From an uncultured delta proteobacterium (GTDB lineage Bacteria > Myxococcota > Myxococcia > Myxococcales > Anaeromyxobacteraceae): a stretch of 64,000 nt of DNA. Positions 33,676-43,984 of the stretch are shown here, piece after piece. Both the position numbers and the translations under genes were made by a program. Under the pieces are notes generated by a model. That model was not told the origin of the DNA. It saw only the letters and a list, made by a program, of their open reading frames with translations, and made no database searches. Position 1 is the first letter of the stretch, and each line of letters opens with the position of its first letter. The DNA lies in the NCBI GenBank assembly GCA_963845515.1, contig CAWJSR010000012.1, positions 1 to 64,000 of the forward strand, written 5' to 3'.

Positions 33676-34515
33676 ATCATCCGCCTCGGACATATCAGCG
33701 ACCTTCACGTCGCCGACAAGGGACGCTACCCGCGCAACGGCCTCACCCCGAAGGACTGCGACAAGCACTCGGTCCGGCTCCTCAAGGGGCTGCTCGAAGC
33801 GCTGGAGGAGGTGGAGGTCGATCACCTCGTCGTGACCGGCGACGTGACCCTCTCGGGAGAGCCGACGGAGTTCGAGAAGGCGAAGAAGCTCCTGGAGCCG
33901 TGGGCGGAGAGCGGGAAGCTGACCGTGCTCCCCGGCAACCACGACGTCTGGAGCTACGAGGCGGCGGAGAAGTACCGCTTCCTCAGGGCGATCGGCGTCG
34001 ACGGGATGGGGATGCGCGCTGCCGTGCAGAGCTTCCCCTGCGCCGTCCCGCTGGGCGACGAGGCTGTCCTCATCGCGCTCGACAGCGCGCGCTGGGGCGA
34101 GGATCCCTGGCAGACGCCCGGCAAGCTCGGGAGCCAGCAGCTGCGGGTCGCGCGCGAGCTCGTCCGCGAGCACGCCCGCCGCGAGAAGGCGGTGCTGCTC
34201 GCGGTGCACCACCACCTCGTGATCCCGCAGGAGCGGGTCCCGTCGGACGCCCGCGTGGCCCGGATGCCTCTCGCGGACGCGGACCAGATCGTCCGGATGG
34301 TCGCGGAGCTCCCCATCGCGGCCGTCCTGCACGGCCACCGGCACGTCGCCTTCAGGGTCGACCTGCCGGCCCCCACCGGGACGACCCCGGTGCTGTGCGC
34401 CGGCTCGGCGTCGCGGGTGGCGGACGAGCCCGTGCGCCGGGCGCGCGCCTTCGTCTACGAAGTCGATCGCACCGGCGTGAAGAACGTCGAATCATTCGTC
34501 GCAGGAATGGAGTGA
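33676..34515 (+). CDS. Calcineurin-like metallophosphoesterase; apparent ATC start
   Basis: HISDLH, VTGDVT, PGNHD, HHH, LHGHRH; the first motif lies upstream of the ORF-track start at 33811. Confidence 0.88.
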   Translation: MIRLGHISDLHVADKGRYPRNGLTPKDCDKHSVRLLKGLLEALEEVEVDHLVVTGDVTLSGEPTEFEKAKKLLEPWAESGKLTVLPGNHDVWSYEAAEKYRFLRAIGVDGMGMRAAVQSFPCAVPLGDEAVLIALDSARWGEDPWQTPGKLGSQQLRVARELVREHARREKAVLLAVHHHLVIPQERVPSDARVARMPLADADQIVRMVAELPIAAVLHGHRHVAFRVDLPAPTGTTPVLCAGSASRVADEPVRRARAFVYEVDRTGVKNVESFVAGME

Positions 34516-34519
34516 ACCG

Positions 34520-35435
34520 ATGAAGAAGCTCCTGTTCGTAGCGCTCCCCGCAGGGTTGTTGATCCTGGGCGTAGTTGGCTTCTTCTCCACGCTCCGAAGC
34601 CGGGGCGAGGCGAGCGCGGCCCTGCTCGAGCGCGCGCAGCTGAAGCGCGAGTTCGTGGAGCGGGCCGCCGTGGGTCGCGCGCTCCCTCCCGAGCGGATCG
34701 ACGAGTGGCGGGACGAGGCCGCGGCGCTCTTCCGCTGGTACCTGCGAGGAGCTCTCGGCCATCCGGAATCGCCACCCGACCGTCCCCGCGGCGCCGACGG
34801 GGGTGGCGGCGGCGGCAGAGGAGCGGAAGGGGAAGTTCACCGACAAGGAGCGCGCCAGCTACGAGGAGTGGCAGAAGCTCGCCGAGGGGCGCTTCGCGCT
34901 CGTGAAGGAGGCACGCTACGCGCCGCTCTTCACCTCGACCGTCGAGGGGATGCGGCTCGACCTGCTCGCGATCGAGCCGGGTCCGCACCCTGCCGGCGGT
35001 GACCGCGGCATCCGGATCGACTTCGCGCTCTGGGGCGCGCCGCGGCGCGTCGAGAAGGAGAAGTCGGGGGACGTGACCACCACCAAGGTCCTGCTGCCCA
35101 TCGTCTTCCGGCAGATCGCCTTCCGCATGCTGGACGAGAAGGGGAAGCTCTACGGGGAGATGAACGGGCCCGGCGAGCCGTTCCAGAAGCTGGCCGACCC
35201 CGAGCGGTGGGTGGAGGACTTCCCCCCGGGCGTCGTCTTCGGGACCTGGTGGGTCGACCTCCTCCCCAGGGAGGCCGTGACGACCGAGATCGACCTGGAC
35301 GTCTCGCTGCGCGGGGCCAACGGCAACGAGCGAGCCGGCCTCTTCAAGTTCACCATGCCGGTCCGCGAGGAGTGGAGGGTCCCGGCGGGCGCAGCCTACG
35401 AGGCGCAGACCCGCGAAGGCGCGCCGACTCCCTAG
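34520..35435 (+). CDS. Hypothetical membrane-anchored or exported protein; frameshift near 34750
   Basis: MKKLLFVALPAGLLILGVVGFF N-terminus; continues in the 34803-35435 frame. Confidence 0.7.
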
Positions 35436-35461
35436 CGGAGCGCCCCAGGCACCGCTAGCCA

Positions 35462-36763
35462 GTGGCGACGAAGAAGAAGGCGAAGCGCGCTCCGCGCGCC
35501 AGGAGCGCGCGGGCGGCCAAGCCGCCTGCCCGAGCGCTCCCGGCCGCGGACGGGGACGCGCCGCTCCACGAGCTGACTCGCGACGAGCTCTCCGTCTTCC
35601 TCTACGCGGCGCTCCTCCCCGAGGAGAACCTCCTCGTCGTCAGGGAGCTCGGGCTCTCGGTCCCCGGCTTCCGTACAGAGGCGCTCTCCGAGCCGGAGCG
35701 GTGCGACCTCATCGCAGACGAGGTGCGGGCGTCGCCACCGCTGCGCGCCAACGTGCTCGACGCCCTGCGGAAGGGTTTCGGGCACCCCCCGCTCATAGCG
35801 GTCGGCCTCGACCCGCGGGCGGCGCAGGACCTCGTCGACGTCGGGACCACGGAGCACGGCAGCGTGCTGGCGCTCTGGCGCGTCCTCGCCGACCCGGCGC
35901 CGGCCGTGCGCGCGCTCGCCAGACCGCTGCTGGCGCGCATGGTGGAGGAGTACTACGGGCCGCCGCCAGGTGGTGGCGGCGAGCGGGAGCCGCGCGGGGA
36001 AGAACCCGCGGAGGGTTCCGACCGCGACGACGCGGGGAGGCTCCGGCAGCTCGAGCGGCAGCTCGAGGTGCTGCGCGAGCGGGCCGAGCAGGCGCAGTCC
36101 AGGCGGGACGAACGCGCGGAGAAGCTGCAGGGGCAGCTCAAGGAGGCGCGCGCGACCGAGGCCCGCGCGGCCGGCGACGCCGCCCGGGCCAGGGAGGCCG
36201 CCGAGCAGGCCAGGCGGGCGCTGGAGCACGCCGAGGCCGAGCTGAAGGCCGCGCGCGGAACGGACGCAGCGGCGGAGGCCCAGCGGGCGCGACAGGATGC
36301 GCGCGAGCTCGCCGGGAAGCTCGGCGCGGCCGACGCCCGCGCCGAGCGAGCGGAGGCCAGGGTTGCGGTCCTGGAGCGGGCCGTCGAGCAGGCCCTTGCC
36401 CGCGCAGCGGCGGCTCCGAGCGCGCAGCCGGCCTCGGCCGAGGCGGAGGAACCGGACGAGGCGCCCGCCAGCTGGCTCCTGCCGATCTACACGCGCGAGT
36501 TCTACGACTCGCTGGAGGGGTGGGAGCGCCGGATCCAGCGGGCCGCGTTCAAGCAGGCCCACCTGCTCGCCCAGGATCACCGTCACCCGAGCCTGCGCGC
36601 GCTGCCGCTGGAGGGGCTCCCCGGCTACTACCGCGTGAGGGTCGCCACCGACGTTCGCCTCATCTACAGGCGCGGCGAGCAGCAGAGCGCCGTCGAGATC
36701 CTCTCGCTGATCGATCGGGAGGACCTGGATCGATACGTGCGGCAGGCGAAGACCAGGGGTTAG
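35462..36763 (+). CDS. Coiled-coil protein with a C-terminal RelE-like domain
   Basis: Central A/E/R-rich coiled coil; C-terminal [38 protein letters not shown]. Confidence 0.7.
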   Translation: MATKKKAKRAPRARSARAAKPPARALPAADGDAPLHELTRDELSVFLYAALLPEENLLVVRELGLSVPGFRTEALSEPERCDLIADEVRASPPLRANVLDALRKGFGHPPLIAVGLDPRAAQDLVDVGTTEHGSVLALWRVLADPAPAVRALARPLLARMVEEYYGPPPGGGGEREPRGEEPAEGSDRDDAGRLRQLERQLEVLRERAEQAQSRRDERAEKLQGQLKEARATEARAAGDAARAREAAEQARRALEHAEAELKAARGTDAAAEAQRARQDARELAGKLGAADARAERAEARVAVLERAVEQALARAAAAPSAQPASAEAEEPDEAPASWLLPIYTREFYDSLEGWERRIQRAAFKQAHLLAQDHRHPSLRALPLEGLPGYYRVRVATDVRLIYRRGEQQSAVEILSLIDREDLDRYVRQAKTRG

Positions 36764-37449
36764 GAGAGTTTTCGGTAGATACCCACGACCACGCCGAGGA
36801 TCATCGTGCTGCGGAAGTCGGACTCCCTGACGTAGATGGGCGCCATGCGCGGATTGGACGGCTGGAACCGGACCCGGTCTCCCTCGAAGTAGACCCGCTT
36901 CACGGTCGCCTCGTCGCCGATCATGGCCACGACGATCTCGCCGTCCTCGGCATGGAGCTGCTTCTTCACGAAGACGTAGTCGCCGGAGAGGATCCCGTCC
37001 CCGATCATCGAGTCGCCCTGCACGCGCAGGCCGTAGACCTTCTTGTTGGTCCCGAGCAGGAAGGAGTCGACCTGGACGGTGTCCTCGACGTGCTGCTGGG
37101 CGAGGATCGGCTGGCCGGCGGCGACGCGCCCGAGGATGGGGATCTCGACCAGCCGCGTCCCCGGCTTGCCCGCCACGCGCGGGCGGAGGGGGACGACCTT
37201 GGAGTCATGCCCGCCGCCGAGCACCTCTCGTGCGCGCTCGCCCGGGATGAGGGCGCGCGACTTCACCGGGTCGCGGGTCAGGAAGCCCTTCTTCTCGAGG
37301 GCCTTGAGGTGGTCGTTCACGCCGTTGGTCGAGCGGATGTCGAGCGCCTCGCCGATCTCGCGGATGGTGGGCGGGTACCCGTTGTCCTCGATGTTCTGGA
37401 CGATGAAGCGGAGCACCTCTAGCTGCCGGTCGGTGAGGGTAGCGCTCAT
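36760..37449 (-). CDS. lexA: SOS repressor LexA
   Basis: [26 protein letters not shown] cleavage site, GDSM (Ser), ATVKR (Lys); AGGAGG RBS. Confidence 0.97.
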   Translation of the reverse strand: MSATLTDRQLEVLRFIVQNIEDNGYPPTIREIGEALDIRSTNGVNDHLKALEKKGFLTRDPVKSRALIPGERAREVLGGGHDSKVVPLRPRVAGKPGTRLVEIPILGRVAAGQPILAQQHVEDTVQVDSFLLGTNKKVYGLRVQGDSMIGDGILSGDYVFVKKQLHAEDGEIVVAMIGDEATVKRVYFEGDRVRFQPSNPRMAPIYVRESDFRSTMILGVVVGIYRKLS

Positions 37450-37457
37450 GACACCTC

Positions 37458-37488
37458 CTGAACATCGGTATACTGTCACCGTGTTCAG
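37458..37488. promoter_or_regulatory. Probable LexA operator(s) overlapping the lexA RBS/promoter
   Basis: CTGAACATCGGTATACTGTCACCGTGTTCAG: two 16-mers in opposite orientation, each ending in GTTCAG, resembling the Myxococcus box CTRHAMRYBYGTTCAGS. Confidence 0.7.
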
Positions 37489-37527
37489 AAGGCAAGAAAC
37501 AGGCGTGGGGCGGGGTAGGGTGGCGCG

Positions 37528-38445
37528 GTGAGCCCACCGCCCCTCGGGACGTCGATCTCCGCCGGCCTTCGCGCCGCCGCTCGCGAGGGCTGGCTGCTGC
37601 CCGTCTCCGCGCTCCTCTCGGTCCTGCGGTCCGCCGCGACGGTGCCGGCGCTGGCCGTCGCGGTGCTGCTTCCGCTGGAAGGTGCTGCCGCCGCGGCGCG
37701 CCGGTCCCCGCTCTCGCTGACGGCGCCGCTCGAGGGCGCCTGGGCGGTCATGGGCTCGACGCGGTACCTCGCGCTCGTCGGCGGGCTCCTGCTCGCGGGG
37801 ACCCTCGCAGCGGCGCTCCTCCGCGTCCTCTTCCTCGCCGGCGCCCTCCCGACGCTGGGCGCGAGCATGGCCGGGGTGGATGCGACGCGCTCCTTCGCCC
37901 CCGGCGTCGCCTGGGGGTTCCCCAGGCAGCTCGCCACCTGGACGCTGGCGGCGCTGGCCGACCTGGGTGCGGTCGCCTACCTGACCGTTGGGGTGGCGGC
38001 CGCGATCTGGGCAGTCGGCGGCGGCACGGGAGCTGGCCACCCGGTGCTGCTCGCCGTGCTCGGCGCGCTGGTGCTCGCCACAGGCCTGGCGGCGATCGTC
38101 GCGTCCCGCGTGGTGGGCGACGCGGCCGCCGCACGGTGCGCGATCCTCGGGGAGGGGGCCGCGCAGTCCTTCGCGGGGGCGACCCGCCGCCTACTGGAGC
38201 GCCCCGGCGCGTTCCTCATCGGCGGCCTGGTGGCGGCCCTGGCCGGACTGGCGGCGACGGCGGCGCTCCAACCGGCCGCCGGCATCCTCGGAACGCTCGG
38301 CGGGCGGCTGGACGGGGTGGCGCTGCTTGGGCCCCGGTGGATGCTGGCGACGCTCGCGGCCCTCGCGGCGGCGGCCGTGGACCTCGCCTGGCTCGCGACG
38401 ATCGGCGCGCTAGCCTGTGGCGAGGACCGCAGGGCGCGGCGCTAG
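37528..38445 (+). CDS. Multi-pass membrane protein of unknown function
   Basis: Several long hydrophobic Ala/Leu/Gly stretches. Confidence 0.7.
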   Translation: MSPPPLGTSISAGLRAAAREGWLLPVSALLSVLRSAATVPALAVAVLLPLEGAAAAARRSPLSLTAPLEGAWAVMGSTRYLALVGGLLLAGTLAAALLRVLFLAGALPTLGASMAGVDATRSFAPGVAWGFPRQLATWTLAALADLGAVAYLTVGVAAAIWAVGGGTGAGHPVLLAVLGALVLATGLAAIVASRVVGDAAAARCAILGEGAAQSFAGATRRLLERPGAFLIGGLVAALAGLAATAALQPAAGILGTLGGRLDGVALLGPRWMLATLAALAAAAVDLAWLATIGALACGEDRRARR

Positions 38446-38453
38446 CGGCCTGC

Positions 38454-40139
38454 TCAGCGCTTCAGCCAGCGCCGCAGCGGCACCTTGCGCAGGTGTAGCG
38501 GCGCGAGGTGCATGAACATGCCGCCGAGCGCCAGCAGCGAGCCGGCGCCGAGTGAGAGGGCACCGATGAGCGTCACGTGCCCGCCGCCGGCCGCCAGGGC
38601 CACGAAGCCGCCGACGAGGAAGGCGGAGGCCAGGAGCCCCGTGAAGAGCAGCGCGGCGGCGTTCCGCAGCTGCACCGTGGCCCGATCCATCGCCTCCGAG
38701 GCGACGTTGACGCGGAGCTTCCCGGACTCCAGGTCGACCAGGATCTGGCCGAGCTGCGTGGGGAGGTCCTCGGCGAGCCCCTGGAGCTTCATCAGGGAGC
38801 GGAGGAGCACCCCCGACGCGTCCGCCGGGTTGAAGCGGGCGAGGAGCAGCTCCTTGGCGTAGGGGAGCCCCACCTCGAGTATGTCGAGGCTGGGGTTGAG
38901 CCGGCGGATGATCCCCTCGACGGTGATGGCCGCCTTGGCCAGCACCGCGTACTCCTTGGGGATCTTGATCTTGTGGCGGACCGCGAGGTCGAGCAGATCC
39001 CGGAGCAGCGTCGCCGTCCGGATCTCGTCGAGCCTGAGCCCGAGGTAGCGCTCCAGGATCCCGTCGATGTCGGCGCGGAAGTCGACGATCGGCTGCCGCA
39101 GCTCGACGGTGCCGATCCGGTTGAGCAGGCGGGCGATCGACTCGGAGTCGCGCAGCGCGACGCCGATGATGAGCGTGACGAGCGCGTCCTGCTGGACGCG
39201 GGTGAGCCGCCCGACCAGGCCGAAGTCGAGGAGCGCGATCCCGTTACCGGGGAGGACGAGGACGTTCCCGGGGTGGGGATCGCCGTGGAAGAGGCCGTCC
39301 TCGAAGAGCTGGCGGAAGGCGGCCTCGATGATGTTGCGTGAGACGCGGTCGAGGTCGAAGCCGCCGGCGGCCGTGACGTCGCCGAGCTTCGTCCCCTCGA
39401 TGTACTCGAGCGTCAGCACGGTGCTCGAGGAGAGCTCGTCGAAGACGCGGGGGATGATCGGCACCGTCCGCTTCCCGGCGGCCACGGCCATCTCCTTGGC
39501 GTTCCGGGCCTCGTTGGAGAAGTCGAGCTCCTCGTGGATCGTCCTGTCGAACTCCTCGATGATGTCGGTCGGGGTGTAGACGCCCGTCTCCTCGACGACG
39601 GCCCCGACCGCGCGCGCCAGGTAGTAGAGGAGCGTGAGGTCGGACTCGATCCGGTCCCTGATGTGCGGGCGCTGCACCTTCACCACGACGCGCTCGCCGG
39701 CGTGGGTCCTGGCGAGGTGCACCTGGGCGATCGAGGCGCTGGCGAGCGGCCTGGGATCGAGCTCGGCGAAGAGCGTCTCGACCGGCTTGCCGAGCCCCCG
39801 CTCGATCTCGTCGCGGATCTCGCCGATGTCGACCGGCGGGCAGGCGTCCTGCAGGTGCTCCAGCTCGTCGATCCAGTGGGAGGGGAGGAAGTCCGGACGG
39901 GTCGAGAGGAGCTGCCCCAGCTTGATGAAGGTCGTGCCCAGCTCAGCGAGCATCTGGCGGAAGCGGGCGGCGGTCTTCCGGTCGGGCGCCGGCATGCCGC
40001 CCGCCTCCGCCGGCACCGCGTCGCGTCCGAGGAGCTCGCCGAGCCGCGAGCGCTCGAGGTACGCGCCGAACCCGTGGCGAGCGAGGGCGGCCGCGATCTG
40101 GCGCAGCCGGTTCAGGTCCTGGAAAGCCTCTCGGAACAT
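38454..40139 (-). CDS. ABC1/UbiB (AarF) atypical protein kinase family
   Basis: FIKLGQLLSTRPD, ASASIAQVH, VVKVQRP, ELDF, FHGDPHPGN, LDFG; C-terminal TM helices. Confidence 0.93.
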   Translation of the reverse strand: MFREAFQDLNRLRQIAAALARHGFGAYLERSRLGELLGRDAVPAEAGGMPAPDRKTAARFRQMLAELGTTFIKLGQLLSTRPDFLPSHWIDELEHLQDACPPVDIGEIRDEIERGLGKPVETLFAELDPRPLASASIAQVHLARTHAGERVVVKVQRPHIRDRIESDLTLLYYLARAVGAVVEETGVYTPTDIIEEFDRTIHEELDFSNEARNAKEMAVAAGKRTVPIIPRVFDELSSSTVLTLEYIEGTKLGDVTAAGGFDLDRVSRNIIEAAFRQLFEDGLFHGDPHPGNVLVLPGNGIALLDFGLVGRLTRVQQDALVTLIIGVALRDSESIARLLNRIGTVELRQPIVDFRADIDGILERYLGLRLDEIRTATLLRDLLDLAVRHKIKIPKEYAVLAKAAITVEGIIRRLNPSLDILEVGLPYAKELLLARFNPADASGVLLRSLMKLQGLAEDLPTQLGQILVDLESGKLRVNVASEAMDRATVQLRNAAALLFTGLLASAFLVGGFVALAAGGGHVTLIGALSLGAGSLLALGGMFMHLAPLHLRKVPLRRWLKR

Positions 40140-40198
40140 GCAGTGGCGCCGATGCTAGCGCCGTTCCGGGGGTGGATGCGATAAGACACCCAGCGCGC

Positions 40199-42846
40199 AT
40201 GCCCGATATCGCCCCAGCCACGACGCCGATGATGCGCCAGTACCTCGAGACCAAGGCGAGGTACCCGGACGCCATCCTCTTCTTCCGGCTCGGCGACTTC
40301 TACGAGATGTTCTTCGAGGACGCCGTCACCGCCTCGGAGGCGCTCCAGATCACCCTCACCTCCCGCGCGAAGGGGGACGACCGGGTGCCGATGTGCGGCG
40401 TCCCCCACCACGCCGCGCGTGGCTACGTCGCCCGCCTGCTCGCGAAGGGGTTCAAGGTCGCCATCTGCGACCAGGTGGAGGAGCCGGGGAAGTCGGCCAT
40501 CGTCAGGCGCGAGGTGACCCGCGTGGTCACGCCGGGGATGGTCTTCGACGACCAGGTGCTGGAGCCGCGCGAGTCGAGCTACCTGGGCGCCGTCGCGCCG
40601 GCGGCGGGAGCGATCGGCCTTGCCCTCCTGGACGCCTCGACCGGCCAGCTGCTCTGCGGCGAGGTGCCGGACGACGCGCGCGCGGTGGACGAGCTTCGCC
40701 GAGCCGGGGTCCGTGAGCTGATCTTCCCCCGCAGCGCCGAGCCGTCCCGGGTGGAGGCCATGGCCAGGGAGATCGGCGCGCCGGCCGCGCTGCGCGACGA
40801 CGACGACTTCGCGCGAGCGCCGGAGAAGCTGCGCCGCCACCTCGCCGTCCAGGGGCTCGACGGGTTCGGGGTCGACGGACTGCCGGCGGGGCTCTCGGCC
40901 GCCGCCGCCGCGCTCGCGTACCTCACCGAGACGCAGCGCTCCAGCGCGCGCCACGTCGACCGGATCGCGCGGCTCCAGACCGACCGTGTCCTCCTGCTCG
41001 ACGAGAGCACCCGCGCGAACCTGGAGCTGGAGCGGACGCTGCGGGGAGAGAAGCGCAAGGGGACGCTCCTCGCGCTGCTCGACCGGACCGTGACCGCGCC
41101 GGGGGCGCGCCGGCTCGCCGAGTGGCTCCGCTACCCGCTCCTGGACCTCGACGGGATCCGCGACCGGCTCGACGCGGTCGAGGAGCTGGCCGGCTCCTCC
41201 GTGCGGCGCGAGGAGCTGCTGGACGGGCTCCGCCCCGTGGCCGACGTGGAGCGGCTCCTCTCCAGGCTGGCGCTCGGGCAGGGGAACGGGCGGGATCTGA
41301 GGGCCCTCGCGGGCGGGCTGCTCGCCCTCCCGGCGCTCGCGGACCTGCTGGAGGGGAGCGCCTCGACGCTGCTTCGCGTCGCCGGCGCGGGGCTCCGCGG
41401 GCTCGAGGAGCTGGCGGCGCTGCTCGACCGGGCCGTGGCCGACGAGCCGCCGGCGGGGCTTCGGGACGGCGGGCTGATCCGTAGGGGCTTCTCGGCCGAG
41501 CTGGACGAGATCGTCGCCATCTCCGAGGACGGGAAGGGCTGGATCGCCAGGCTCGAGGTCAGGGAGCGGGAGCGGACCGGGATCGGCTCGCTCAAGGTGC
41601 GGTTCAACAAGGTCTTCGGCTACTACATCGAGGTCACGAAGCCCAACCTGCACCTCGTCCCGGAGGGCTACGAGCGGCGCCAGACGACGGTGGGCGGCGA
41701 GCGGTTCGTGACCCCCGAGCTCAAGGAGTTCGAGGAGAAGGTCCTCACCGCGGAGGAGCGCCGCTTCGCCATCGAGGAGCGGATCTTCGAGGAGCTGCGG
41801 CAGGCGGTCGTCGAGGCGGCCCCCCGCATCCGCGGCGCGGCCGAGGCGCTCTCGCGTGCCGACGCGCTCCTCTCGCTCGCGCGCGTCGCAGCGGAGCGGG
41901 GCTTCACCCGCCCCGACGTGGAGGACTCCGAGGTCCTCGAGATCGACGAGGGGCGCCACGCGGTGGTCGAGGCGCTGCTCCCCGCCGACTCCGGAGGGTT
42001 CGTCCCGAACGACCTGCGGGTGGCCTCGCGGGGGGCAGGGGAGGCCGCCTCGCACGGCGCGCTGCTCGTCATCACCGGCCCCAACATGGCCGGGAAGTCG
42101 ACGGTCATGCGGCAGGCGGCCCTGATCGTGCTGCTCGCGCAGATGGGGAGCTTCGTCCCGGCGCGGCGGGCACGGGTCGGGCTGGTCGACCGGATCTTCA
42201 CCCGCGTCGGCGCCTCGGACGACCTCGCGCGCGGCCGCTCCACGTTCATGGTCGAGATGACCGAGACCGCGGCCATCCTCCACAACGCCACGCGCCGCTC
42301 GCTGGTCGTCCTCGACGAGATCGGACGCGGCACCTCGACCTTCGACGGGCTCTCGATCGCGTGGGCAGTCGCGGAGCACCTCCACGACAAGGTCGGGTGC
42401 AGGACCCTCTTCGCGACCCACTACCACGAGCTGCAGGACCTCGCCCGCGAGCGCCCCGACGTCCGAAACCTCACCGTGGCGGTGAAGGAGGTCGGCGATC
42501 GGATCGTCTTCCTCCGCAAGCTCGTGCAAGGGGGAGCGTCGCGCTCCTACGGCATCGAGGTCGCGAAGCTGGCGGGGCTTCCCGCCGAGATCCTGCTGCG
42601 CGCCAGGGAGATCCTGAAGAACCTGGAGTCGCTCGAGGTCGACGACGGGGGCCACGCGACGCTCGCGCGGGAAGGCGGCCGCGCCGTCCGGCGCCGCCCG
42701 CCGAGAACCAGCTCGGGCTCTTCGGCGCCGGGGGCGATCCCACGGCGGCGCGCCTTCGCGAGGAGCTGGAGGCGCTCGACGTCGACGCGCTCCGCCCGCT
42801 CGACGCGCTCAACCTGGTGGCCGGCTGGAAGAAGCTGGTCGAGTAG
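40199..42846 (+). CDS. mutS: DNA mismatch repair protein MutS; frameshift near 42695
   Basis: TPMMRQY, GDFYEMF, TGPNMAGKST, LDEIGRG, FATHYHEL, SYGIEVA; the C-terminus QLGLF..LRPLDALNL is in the next frame. Confidence 0.97.
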
Positions 42847-42850
42847 GGCG

Positions 42851-42897
42851 CCCCTCACCCCGGCCCTCAACCTCGGCGGGACCGGGGAGAGGAGAGA
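42851..42897. repeat. REP-like extragenic imperfect palindrome
   Basis: CCCCTCACCCCGGCCCTC..GGGACCGGGGAGAGGAGA directly after the mutS stop. Confidence 0.45.
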
Positions 42898-42921
42898 AGC
42901 CTGCTGCGCTGCGCGCTCAAT

Positions 42922-42952
42922 AAGAAAGGGACCGGCGACCGGTCCCTCTTCG
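42922..42952. terminator. Terminator hairpin between convergent mutS and cytochrome genes
   Basis: AGGGACCGG-CGA-CCGGTCCCT with A-rich and T-rich flanks. Confidence 0.7.
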
Positions 42953-42986
42953 TGTCACGCGGGCGTTCAGGCCGCGCGGCGCGTGC

Positions 42987-43271
42987 CTACTTCTTGTGGC
43001 ACTCGGCGCACTTCTGCGGGCCCTTGCCTTCCTTCTTGTGGCACTCGTGGCACATCTTGTGCCCCTTGTCCTTGTCGAGGCCGGCGATCTTGCCGCCCTT
43101 GGCGTCGGCGTGGCAGGTCTCGCACTTCAGCGCCCTTGTGGCCGACGAGTGATTGAAGGTGACCGCGCCGCTCTTGGCCTGGAGGACGACGGCTTCGCGG
43201 GGGCGTCGGCGGCGATCGGCAGTTCCGACGAGCATCATGGCGGCAGCCGCCATCGAGAGAAGAACCTTCAT
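42987..43271 (-). CDS. Triheme cytochrome c7 (PpcA-like); probable local indels
   Basis: Signal peptide; CETCH, CHECH, CAECH; ends KGPQKCAECHKK. Confidence 0.88.
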   Translation of the reverse strand: MKVLLSMAAAAMMLVGTADRRRRPREAVVLQAKSGAVTFNHSSATRALKCETCHADAKGGKIAGLDKDKGHKMCHECHKKEGKGPQKCAECHKK

Positions 43272-43396
43272 TTCTGTGAACCTCCGGTATCTGGGCGGGT
43301 CAATTCCCGGCCGTGTAAGCGCGTGACGCTACCTCCTTTGTGGAGAGACGCCACGCGGCACGATGCCGCACCCAGACGTGACGCTCGCTCCACAGA

Positions 43397-43424
43397 AAGA
43401 GGGGCCGGTCGCCCGGCCCCTCTT
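43397..43424 (-). terminator. Terminator hairpin between the two cytochrome genes
   Basis: AAGAGGGGCCGG-TCGC-CCGGCCCCTCTT. Confidence 0.7.
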
Positions 43425-43464
43425 CCTTCATCAGCCGCGCTTCACGCGGGTCGAAGTCGGCAGC

Positions 43465-43743
43465 CTACTTCTTGTGGCAGCCGTCGCACTTCGTAGGCCC
43501 CTTGGCCTCCTTCGTGTGGCAGCCCTTGCAGAGCTCGTGCGCCTTGTCCTTGTTGAAGCCCGCGATCTTGCCGGGGGCCGCAGTGTGGCAGGTCTTGCAG
43601 CCCTTCGTGGCGTGGGCCTTGTGCGCGAACGTCACCTTGCCGGACTTGGCCTCGAAGGTGACGGTCTCCGGCGGCGTGGCGGCCGACGCGACGGTGACGA
43701 TGAGGGCGGCGAAGATGGCGGTGATCAGCTTGGTCACGTGCAT
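43465..43743 (-). CDS. Triheme cytochrome c7 (PpcA-like)
   Basis: Signal peptide; VTFAHKAH, CKTCH, AH..CKGCH, KGPTKCDGCHKK. Confidence 0.92.
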   Translation of the reverse strand: MHVTKLITAIFAALIVTVASAATPPETVTFEAKSGKVTFAHKAHATKGCKTCHTAAPGKIAGFNKDKAHELCKGCHTKEAKGPTKCDGCHKK

Positions 43744-43984
43744 GCTCCTGGTATTCGGGGGCGGATGAGCCCGCCCGGGTGTTGGACGGCGCAGTCTAGC
43801 CGCTATTCACATCCCCCTGTAACAAAATGTCGCAGGCGCTCAGGCATTCGGTAAGTGACCGTAACTACGCAATGTAGCTGACGTTTACCCAAGCGCACGC
43901 CCTGTCGAGCACTGCCTCGACACTGGCAGGCCCCGAGCGTGCGAAAAATGGACGCCGATATCGAAGGGCGGGAGATTGGGGTCC

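Noticed and set aside
43760..43935. Possible cyclic-dinucleotide (GEMM-I) riboswitch upstream of the c7 cytochromes
   Set aside because: Only a GGTAAAC and a short hairpin are present; I could not find the GNRA loop/receptor or GCAAA elements. An Rfam scan would settle it.
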